Origin: Atractiella rhizophila
Taxonomy: Eukaryota
Length of the DNA: 20,000 bases
Assembly (NCBI GenBank): GCA_021432655.1
Contig: MU271391.1
Coordinates: 55,254 to 75,253, forward strand
Direction of reading: 5' to 3'
How positions within the stretch are numbered: position 1 is the first letter of the stretch; each line of letters begins with the position of its first letter. Shown one piece after another: positions 7,630 through 17,620 of the stretch. The notes beneath the pieces are model-generated. The model made no database searches. It saw nothing but the letters and a program-made list of their open reading frames with translations, and was not told the DNA's origin. The translations under genes were made by a program, and so were the position numbers.

Positions 7630-10583
7630 ATTTGATCCTCAACAACCGTTCTCAAAAGTACCATCATCGTTGGACAAAACTTTCCCTATCTACTTCATGG
7701 GATACAGCACTTAGGCAATGCCTTGGTTTCCTTGGATTGTTGGAGAGCTTCGTCGTACTATTTCTAATAAAATATTAATTTTCCAAATCTGGAAAGAGCG
7801 ACAATGCGTTCCAGGAATAGCCTGGCTGTTGGTCGGAAATTTTCCAAACCTACAACGCATGCTGCGACCATAGCAACGCCGACTGCCTTTGAATTCACGA
7901 AACGAATTGTCAGCGGGGCATGATCAGAGCAACAGAAAGCCCAATCGTTCGAGTGCATTCATCGGTCACGCCATGTATAACGCCACCATGCTCCTCCTAC
8001 AAAAGGGAGCGTCTCCTCGTTCGCCATTTTTCAAGGATCTTCTTGTGACTTCCTCGTTGAGGTTGAGTTCGCGACTCCAGTCTTTCGTTTGATCTCAGTA
8101 GAGGCTCTAGCAGCTCTCTTTACCTTTCTTTTGTGCTCAAAGTCGTCGAACGACTCTTACTCGGGAAGTCTCTCACGTAGCCTCAGGTGAGGTTGATTCT
8201 TCTCCGATCTAGTGACAACATTCTGATGTGTGAAAGCAGGAGGCAACAAGTCCAATCCTTCACTCGTCAAACTCTGAACTCCAAGTCTCCAAGATATTGA
8301 ATAAGGAAGACTCACTATGAAGGCAACAACTCTCGTATCCCTCTCCATTCTCGCCGCGCAAACACTCGCACTGCCCATCCTCCGTCCTACCCCCGCTCCT
8401 CTCCCAGCGAAGGCGAAGCGTCAAATCGGAGTATCCATTCTGTCCTCCTTCACACTTTCCGGGGCAGAACACCTTGCGCATGACTGTACATTTTTCATAA
8501 TCTGGTCTGGCACACCATTGACCGTCGGAGGGGAACAGCCGCTGCTTCAGCAGCAGCAGCAGCAGCCACTGGAAACCCTGTTCTTGGTGTAGCAGGAGAT
8601 GGCTCCAGTGGAGCAGCGACCGACTCTGCCTCTGCCGCCGATTCTGCGTCCGAGTCCTCCTCTGATTCCAGCTCTGCAGCGGCGGAGGCGACATCCTCAT
8701 CGAAGGAGTCAAAGGCTACCTCTTCCTCGAAGGAATCCAAAACCGAAGCAACCTCCTCCTCTGATGCTGCTGCCGCTAAGGAAACCTCGAAGTCAGACAA
8801 CTCGGGCAATGACAACAAGGGCAATGGAAAGGCATCCGATAACTCTGGTAACAAGAGTGTGGAGCAGGATCTCGTCGTACTCAACTTTGCGAACACCCTC
8901 GAGAGGCTCGAGACAGAATTTTACAGTCAGTTTTCCCACTTTCCCCAGCTATTTTAGCCCGTGGTTACAGAAGCTGACCATGCTCTATCTTTGGCGCAAT
9001 AGAGCAAGGACTCGAAACCTTCTCCCTTAGCGATATGGTCAAGGCTGGCCTGACGGAAGCCCAGGCGACCATCATTATCCAGACTCTCCAGACCCAAAGG
9101 GACGACGAGGCGACGCACTCGAAGGTGCTTGAGGTCAGTCTTCCCTCTCAACGCTGTTTACTATGGTTGGACGCTGATTTCTGCCTCGATACTTGTAGAG
9201 CACCATCAAGGCGCTCGGAGGAAAAGTGAACACCGCTTGCAACTTCGATTTCTCTTCGGTGCTCACTGATCCTGCAACTTTCCTCGTTACCGCCCGCGCT
9301 CTCGAAATGGTCGGTGTCAGTGCTTACTCTGGAGGAGCTCAGTTGGTCCAGAAGTGCGTTCTTTCTCCCTCTGATAGGTTTGTGTTGATGTTCATTGTGC
9401 TTAGCCCTTCCATCCTTACCGCTGCTGCCTCTATTCTCTCAATCGAAGCCCGTCACTCGTCGCTCACTAACCTCTTCGCGGGTGGCAATGCTGTTCCCCA
9501 AGCCTTCGACATTCCTCTTACGCCCAACAGCGTGCTTGCTCTCGCTCTCGGCTTCCTTAAAGATTGCTCAGCCAAGGATTTGGGTCTCACTGCCAACACA
9601 CCCCTCAGCGTCATCGCGCAGGAGACCGGCACCGCGCTCATCAAGCAGGATTCGTTGTTGGCTTTCCAAGCAGATAACTTAGATGCGAACACCGACCCCA
9701 AGAAGACGTTCTGTCAGATGGTTTGTACGTTTTTGTTTTCATTACCTTTTCCAAACGAGAACTGTTGACTAATTCCGTTTCAATCTAGTCGGTGGTGCTA
9801 CTGAAGCTCTCGTTTTCCCCATTGACAACTGCCGCGTTCCTAAGGGCTTCAATGGACCTGTCATGCTCTTTATCACCGACTCCAAGACTGTATGTCCCTT
9901 CGCTCTCTTCTTCTCTCTCGATGATGTTCTAACATCGCGTTCTTACGAACACACAGCCCTTGGCCGGAGATGCCGCTACGCAGGATCAATCCATTATCGT
10001 CGCTGGCCCAGCTGCCATCTTCGTAGATACCGATGTGCAGGACTTCGAGAAGCTCTTCTCAATCCACGGTGTATCCATTGCCACGCTTGCGAACCTCAAT
10101 GCTGGAGAACTGAGCAGAGACAGTGGAAAGAATAGCAAGGACAGGAAGAAGGTCGACATTATTGGAGAGTCGAAGAAGAAGGTCCAGGAAACTTACCACA
10201 ACGGGTTCGCTCGCTCCTCCTTTCGAATCCATGCATACTGACCCCGAGGTTTGCTTCAGAATGGTGTACAAGCACGAGAAGCGTGGATACACATCTCCCT
10301 TCGGTGGAAAGATCATCGGCTGGAACTGATCGTGATGCCCATTCGTTATTCAGCCCACCTGTGCTGCTCTAGAGTCTATTGTGTCTTTGGTAGTCGCTTC
10401 GAATTTCGATGGTATTACTTGTTGCTTGTATGTTTAGCTAAAAGGGTTTCGATGTGGAATCGATGGGTCATCTACTGAGATTCTCTATGCTATATTCAGT
10501 GCAAGGCTGACAAGAAAAACCAAAAGATGGAGTGACTGCGAAGAAACTGCGTATCTCACGTGAGGCGGATGGAGTGTCGGTTC
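7040..10583 (+). repeat. Tandem duplication unit, copy 1 (~3.54 kb): Bfr1 3' end, intergenic DNA, ferritin-like gene and 3' flank
   Basis: Sequence from CACCGCCAACGCTTTGGG (7040) to GGAGTGTCGGTTC (10583) recurs near-identically at 10585-14118. Confidence 0.97.
8317..10329 (+). CDS. Secreted Rds1-like ferritin-like domain (Ferritin_2-type) protein, copy 1; about 8 exons
   Basis: Signal peptide MKATTLVSLSILAAQTLA, Kex2-like AKAKRQ and a Ser/Ala-rich linker. The domain follows as DLVVLNFANTLERLETEFY / RDDEATH / ARALEMVGVSAYSGGA / ILTAAASILSIEARHSS (E, ExxH, E, ExxH pattern). Introns include 8486-8538, 8926-9002 and 9134-9198. The protein ends GGKIIGWN, with TGA at 10327-10329. Confidence 0.88.
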
Positions 10584-10584
10584 A

Positions 10585-11174
10585 CACCGCCAACGCTTTG
10601 GGTTTACCTAGCTTGAACTTGAGGGAGGTGGATGGCGCGCTTCCCGAGGGAGCGAAGGCGTTGAAGAAGAAGGGGACAGAAGATGAGGGGTCTTGGGGCG
10701 GTCTTGGAAAGAAGGGAAAGAAAGGAAAGAAAGTTGAGAAAGAGGAGGAAGAAGGAGAGAAGAAGGAGTCCGATAAACTCAACGTCCCGTTCCAGACACT
10801 CTCTGCGCTTCTGAAACTAGGGATTGAAGCGCCACTCATTTACGGTGACTTGGAGAGGACGGTGGGTGATTTGGAGAAGAAGAAACTTTACTTTGAAACC
10901 AATCAGGTATGTCCTTCCCTCGTCTGCTTGGATCCACTTTGATTCTGTCGGAATGGGACAGGAACGCGTGACGAAGGAAAAGGTCGCGGCGGTTGAAGCA
11001 AAGATTGCGGCCCAGTCGAAAGCAAATGGATCTTCCTCTCCTGCCACTGGCGATTCGACTTCTCAGCCTGCTGACACCCCTCAAACAGATGCAACTGCCG
11101 ATGCAATCGCAGAAACGGCCCCTGAGGCTGTAGAGGATGCTGAGGAGAAGGAACAAGAGAAAAACGAGGACTAG
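10585..11174 (+). pseudogene. 5'-truncated duplicate of the Bfr1-like gene (end of exon 4, last intron, last exon)
   Basis: Encodes the same amino acids as 7040-7629 but has no ATG; there is an in-frame TGA at 10508-10510 upstream of the junction. Confidence 0.75.
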
Positions 11175-11853
11175 ATTTGATCCTCAACAACCGTTCTCAA
11201 AAGTACCATCATCGTTGGACCACACTTTTCTTATCTACTTCATGGGATACAGCACTTAGGCAATGCCTTGGTTTCCTTGGATTGTTGGAGAGCTTCGTCG
11301 TACTATTTCTAATAAAATATTAATTTTCCAAATCTGGAAAGAGCGACAATGCGTTCCAGGAATAGCCTGGCTGTTGGTCGGAAATTTTCCAAACCTACAA
11401 CGCATGCTGCGACCATAGCAACGCCGACTGCCTTTGAATTCACGAAACGAATTGTCAGCGGGGCATGATCAGAGCAACAGAAAGCCCAATCGTTCGAGTG
11501 CATTCATCGGTCACGCCATGTATAACGCCACCATGCTCCTCCTACAAAAGGGAGCGTCTCCTCGTTCGCCATTTTTCAAGGATCTTCTTGTGACTTCCTC
11601 GTTGAGTTCGCGACTCCAGTCTTTCGTTTGATCTCAGTAGAGGCTCTAGCAGCTCTCTTTACCTTTCTTTTGTGCTCAAAGTCGTCGAACGACTCTTACT
11701 CGGGAAGTCTCTCACGTAGCCTCAGGTGAGGTCAATTCTTGTCCAGTTCTGGTGACATTCTGATGTGGGAGAGCAGGAGGCAACAAGTCCAATCCTTCAC
11801 TCATCAAACTCTGAACTCCAGGTCTCCAAGATATTGAATAAGGAAGACTCACT

Positions 11854-13866
11854 ATGAAGGCCACAACTCTCGTATCCCTCTCCTTCCTCGCCGCCCAAAC
11901 ACTGGCACTCCCCATCCTCCGTCCTACCCCCGCTCCTCTCCCAGCGAAGGCGAAGCGTCAAATCGGAGTATCCATTCTGTCCTCCTTCACGCTTTCTGGA
12001 GCAGAACACCTTGCACATGACTGTACGTTTCTTCATAATCTGGTCTAGCACACCATTGACGGTTGGAGGGGAACAGCCGCCGCGAAAGCAGCAGCAGCAG
12101 CAGCTACTGGAAACCCTGTCCTTGGTGTAGCAGGAGACGGTGCCAGTGGAGAATCGACCGATTCTGCCTCTGCTGCAGATTCTGCCTCCGAGTCCTCCTC
12201 TGATTCCAGCTCTGCAGCGGCGGAGGAGACATCCTCATCTGAGGAGTCAAAAGCCACCTCTTCCTCCAAGGAATCTAAATCCGAAGCAACCTCCTCCTCT
12301 GAGGCTGCTGGTGCTAAGGAAACTTCGAAGTCAGACAACAAGGGCAATGATAACAAGGGCAATGAAAAGGCATCCGATAACTCTGGTAACAAGAGTGTGG
12401 AGCAGGATCTCGTCGTACTCAACTTTGCGAACACCCTCGAGAGGCTCGAGACAGAATTTTACAGTCAGTTTTCCCCCTTTCGCCAGCTATTTTAGCCCGT
12501 GGTTACAGAAGCTGACCATGCTCTATCTTTGGCGCAATAGAGCAAGGACTCGAAACCTTCTCCCTTAGCGATATGGTCAAGGCTGGCCTGACGGAAGCCC
12601 AGGCGACCATCATTATCCAGACTCTCCAGACCCAAAGGGACGACGAGGCGACGCACTCGAAGGTGCTTGAGGTCAGTCTTCCCTCTCAACGCTGTTTCCT
12701 ATGGTTGGACGCTGATTTCTGCCTCGATACTTGTAGAGCACCATCAAGGCGCTCGGAGGAAAAGTGAACACCGCTTGCAACTTCGATTTCTCTTCGGTGC
12801 TCACTGATCCTGCAACTTTCCTCGTTACCGCCCGCGCTCTCGAAATGGTCGGTGTCAGTGCTTACTCTGGAGGAGCTCAATTGGTCCAGAAGTGCGTTCT
12901 TTCTCCCTCTGATAGGTTTGTGTTGATGTTCACTGTGCTTAGCCCCTCCATCCTTACCGCTGCTGCCTCTATTCTCTCGATCGAAGCCCGTCACTCGTCG
13001 CTCACTAACCTCTTCGCGGGTGGCAATGCTGTTCCCCAAGCCTTCGACATTCCTCTCACGCCCAACAGCGTGCTTGCGCTCGCCCTCGGCTTCCTTAAAG
13101 ACTGCTCTGCCAAGGATTTGGGTCTCACTGCCAACACACCCCTCAGCGTCATCGCGCAAGAGACCGGCACCGCGCTCATCAAGCAGGATTCGTTGTTGGC
13201 TTTCCAAGCGGATAACTTGGATGCGAACACCGACCCCAAGAAGACGTTCTGTCAGATGGTTTGTACGTTTTTGCTTTCATTACCTTTTCCAAACGAGAAC
13301 TGTTGACTCATTCCGTTTCAATCTAGTCGGTGGTGCCACTGAAGCTCTCGTTTTCCCCATTGACAACTGCCGCGTTCCTAAGGGCTTCAATGGACCAGTC
13401 ATGCTCTTTATCACAGACTCCAAGACTGTATGTCCCTCAGCTCTCTTCTTCTGTCTCGATGATGTTCTAACATCGCGTTCTTACGAACACACAGCCCTTG
13501 GCCGGAGATGCCGCTACGCAGGATCAATCCATTATCGTCGCTGGCCCAGCTGCCATCTTCGTAGATACCGATGTGCAAGACTTCGAGAAGCTCTTCTCAA
13601 TCCACGGTGTATCCATTGCCACGCTTGCGAACCTCAATGCTGGAGAACTGAGCAGAGACAGTGGAAAAAATAGCAAGGACAGGAAGAAGGTCGACATTAT
13701 TGGAGAGTCGAAGAAGAAAGTCCAGGAAACTTACCACAACGGGTCCGCTTGCTCCTCCTTTCGTATCCATGCATACTGACCGATGTGCGCTTGCAGAATG
13801 GTGTACAAGCACGAGAAGCGTGGATACACATCTCCCTTTGGTGGAAAGATCATCGGCTGGAACTGA
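11854..13866 (+). CDS. Secreted Rds1-like ferritin-like domain protein, copy 2
   Basis: Same exon structure and metal-ligand motifs as copy 1. The amino-acid changes I could see are in the signal peptide and Ser/Ala-rich linker. TGA at 13864-13866. Confidence 0.88.
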
Positions 13867-14319
13867 TCGTGATGCCCATTCGTTATTCAGCCCACCTGTG
13901 CTGCTCTAGAGTCTATTGTGTCTTTGGTAGTCGCTTCGAATTTCGATGGTATTACTTGTTGCTTGTATGTTTAGCTAAAAGGGTTTCGATGTGGAATCGA
14001 TGGGTCATCTACTGAGATTCTCTATGCTATTCAGTGCAAGGCTGACAAGAAAAACCAAAAGATGGAGTGACTGCGAAGAAACTGCGTATCTCACGTGAGG
14101 CGGATGGAGTGTCGGTTCTCGGAGCCATCCCGCATTGTGAAGTTGACCTTCCCTCCTCCGCTGTTGCAGTTGGTTGATCCACCAAGTTCACGCCGTGTTG
14201 TCTCAATAGGCGAGCTCGTGCAAGAAAGGGCCGAGCGAGAGAAACGCCTGTGACAGCATACCCATCAACTTGTATCTCGTCTGGCGCATCAACCTTGCTG
14301 AATTTATTAATAACAAGCG

Positions 14320-16940
14320 ATGCGCCAAAAGCCAGGAACGACTTGCCAGCCGTGTAAAAAGGCTAAACGCAAGTGCATACGCGCGGATGAAGACTTAAGT
14401 AAAGCGTGTACGAACTGCGTTGAGAAGGGAAGGGAGTGAGTGTTCGCGTTAGAGTTCCAACGCGATGTTCATTGACGACGCGTTTGGGGAAGGTGTGTGC
14501 CACAGGAAATCAAGCCTAGAGAAGTCAAGTTAGGGAAAAGACAGGAGCTAGTTAGGTGTGCTTCTCATTGCTCTTCTTCTGCACACATCCAACAGCAGCG
14601 CTGACATGGCTCTGGCGTAGAGAGCTCTTTGGCACGCGAGAAGCGTCATCCGTCAAATCTGCAACACCTTCGACCCCAAGCATTCCCACACCAACGCCGA
14701 AGTTGTCCCATGATACCGAGATGAAGCTCACTGAGAATACTTTGAAAGCCCATTGGACAGCGGAGCTCATTGACCGTACGTCTCTCGTCCTTTCCGTTCA
14801 ACTGTGTGTCAATGAGTGCTGATGAGAGGTTGGCATGAGAGCAGAAGGATTTCGTCCCTCGTTCTCTGTTGGTTTTATTCCGGACTTCAAGCAACGCATG
14901 CGAGACTCAGGAACGGATTGGAAGTCAGTTAGCGAATATGCTGGTCCGTCATTTTCTCTGGTAATACAAGACACGTGCTGATAGATAGAGAAGAGATTGT
15001 CATGCTGATGTTCATGATTTACGGCGCACGCCGAACCTCTAATCCATTCGTCCTGGGCTCTCTAAGACTTTCCAACGACAACGGCATCTATGCTGACTTC
15101 CGTCCCTATGGACGAGCGCGGGAAGGTCCGTGTCGTAGTCTTCTGTCTAAACTTTTAGACGAATGCTTCGCCAACGAATTTTTGTCCAAACCGAGCATTA
15201 CATCAGTCACGATCCTGCTTGATGTCTTCCTTCTCGTCTGGAGGGAGTTTGAACCAGCGTTCTGTAGTGAGACGATCAGGAATAGGAGAGGGGACAAGGA
15301 GGATGTGTATGCGGGGGTCAACGAAGAGTTAGCGTGGGAATTGAGGAGGTTGCTAGAGAAGGTCAAGAGCGTGAGTTGTGTTGTATTATTGGGAAGCCAT
15401 GTAAGGCTGACCCTGTTCGGAAGCACATCGATTTCCATACGTTCGTCAAAGCAGAAGAAACAGAGTGGTCTTTCAAGAGCCCAGTCTACAATTGTGAGCG
15501 GAAATTCTGTCAAGAAATATCTCGCTTTCTGGTATGCCATTACCTCTGTTTCTCACGCAGAGGTTGATCAAATTGAATCTTGGGTAGTGTTGCGATCTTG
15601 CGAATGCAGCGAGCTTGAACATGGCGCCTCTCATGTTTGTACCCTCCCTATTCTAGCAATCTGGCACCTACAGACGATGGGTTCAGGTCCATATCTGACT
15701 ATGAAACATACGACTTTCCGAGTCTCACAATCAATCGTCGTTCTTACTACTCGCTCTCTTCTCTCATCAACGAGTCTATGGAGGCGTTCGTGAGTCGAGA
15801 AGAACAGGACGAGTTCACTTGGCTGGGGATGTTATGTTTACAGCGCCAAGTGGTTCTAGGAAGCTGTAGTGTGAAAGAGTGGATTGCAGCACGGCGAACA
15901 TACGATTTCATTCTCAACTCGCCTGTTAAGAAGGAAGATCTTCTTTTTGAAGACGAGCAGAAGAGTTCTATCGATCTGGAACGCGCCAAAGCAAAGTCGC
16001 CTGTGCACCTCCTCAGCTCGTTGCTTACGCGTATGGACTTATATTCCGCGTATCGAAAAACTACGCACTGGGTCGATCTCCCTTCAGGGCAGGTCTGGGG
16101 ACCTTTCGGGAAGGAAGATGTCGGCATCACTCGCGATAACCTAGTTCAAAGATCAACGCTCCGATTCACCATTCTTGCGCTGATAGAGGAGGTCTTAGAC
16201 ATTTTAAGAAGTGAAAGGGAGATGCAGAAGAGTTGGGGACTGAGAGAGGAAGAGATGGAAGCGATTGATGAGGAGATCAGGTTAGCCGAAGGCACCTGGA
16301 AAGTCGCGATGGAGAAGGCCCACGAGCATATTGATGGGCTTTTAGAAACACTCTGCGAGCTAGAATGCCATGTGAGTCCCTTTTTCTTCATATCGACTGC
16401 AACGGGATCCTGAAGAACGGAACAGCCGGTCGACGAACGTTCTATTCGATACTTCGATTGTCTGCGTGAACTCATTCTCGTTCTACAAGAGCTTCCGGGA
16501 GGCACGTCGTACCTGGCACGCTATGTATCTTACGAAACCAAGAGCTACTTGCGAGCTGAGAAAGCGGGCCGTGTGCAGAAGTGTGTTTCACCTTTCTCAT
16601 ACAGCTCTTGGCGTGCAATCCTCTAACAAAACCGATTAGTTTTCTCCGTCTAAACAAGGTGGTTGGCTGGTTCAGCATGTCTTTCGACCGCAACGTTCAG
16701 CTTCTAGAGAATGACCTTGCTGCTCTATCCCTGAACGGTCCCCCCTCTCCTGGTTTTATGAAGACAGAAGAAGAGAATGATCCTCTAGTTCTGAAGATTG
16801 CCCCAGTCCTGAACTGGGGTGCGAAGAGCGACACCCAAGTCAAATTCAAGCCGGATGTTGCGCATATACCAGAAGACACCACTTTCAGGGCACTTAAGAT
16901 TATTCAGGAAGCTCTGGCGGATATCGGCAATAATACTTAA
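14320..16940 (+). CDS. Fungal Zn(II)2Cys6 binuclear-cluster transcription factor, multi-exon; internal and 3' exon boundaries approximate
   Basis: ATG at 14320 gives MRQKPGTTCQPCKKAKRKCIRADEDLSKACTNCVEKGRE, then intron 14436-14492 (GTGAGT...AAG), then CVPQEIK. This makes Cx2Cx6Cx10Cx2Cx6C. Downstream plus-strand ORF segments (14621-14775, ~14845-14943, ~14990-15400, ~15600-16370, ~16660-16940) are separated by GT-AG intron-like gaps. Confidence 0.78.
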
Positions 16941-17620
16941 TATGGACATCACTTTCGTCTTATATCGGTCCTTCTCGATTAGTTTATAGGTTGTTTCATA
17001 GGTATCTCCGTTTTTGTATAGATCATTCGAGTACTTAGTGCTTTGTTGTTCCATAATCCTTTTTGCATTCCAGAGTGTGTGTGCCTACTGGTTGCAATGT
17101 CGCAGGACGGCGCGCGAAGTCGCAGCGGAACCCCTATTTTGGTACTCCAGTTCCCAAAATGGGCTCAGCGAGCAGGAATTGTATGCAGTACGAGTAAGAG
17201 AAGCGAACGTATCCGCCAGGTGAGCACACTGTGTTCGCCGCATCATCAGTGCAGGAGTCAGCTTTGGCATTTGTTGTTGCTGTTGTTCATGATCTGATTG
17301 TAGCATTTCGTTCACTCTGCGAGTTGTGTGAAGTGGATTCTGGGGAATGTCAAACAATCTAACAAAGAGCTTCTGCTTGCTGTTGTAGACGTTGGAGATG
17401 GGTTCCAGCCGAGCGTTCACAGTGCTTCCATTGCCCTTTGACGCAACAGCGACCACGCCATGCTATTTATATTACTGTGTTCACTTCTTGCGCACCTCTT
17501 GCATCAGAAATGTTCATACCTTTGTATTAACAAACTCTTTTGACGCAACACTTGCAGGGCATTTATTATCAGCGAGCTTGAAACCACTCTTGCCTTACCT
17601 CTACCTCAGGATTTGCCAGA

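Larger units (their letters stand above)
10585..14118 (+). repeat. Tandem duplication unit, copy 2
   Basis: Direct repeat of 7040-10583 with clustered substitutions and small indels; separated from copy 1 by a single A at 10584. Confidence 0.97.

Noticed and set aside
8431..8467. Possible 37-nt intron plus an 18-nt microexon in the ferritin-like gene
   Set aside because: Reading through gives the correct phase-1 join to the next exon; splicing it out would shift the frame.
8542..8567. (CAG/GCA)n tract read as polyglutamine in the ORF track
   Set aside because: In the spliced frame it encodes poly-Ala in the linker; an ordinary coding microsatellite.
10532..10942. 136-aa ORF crossing the duplication junction as a possible chimeric gene
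   Set aside because: It starts at GTG with an in-frame stop at 10508-10510 and no ATG, and it runs into a Bfr1 intron; no support for translation.
7040..14118. The duplicated unit as an LTR or transposon, or as RIP-mutated repeats
   Set aside because: No transposase, RT, terminal repeats or target-site duplication. Differences include transversions and are largely synonymous, unlike RIP.
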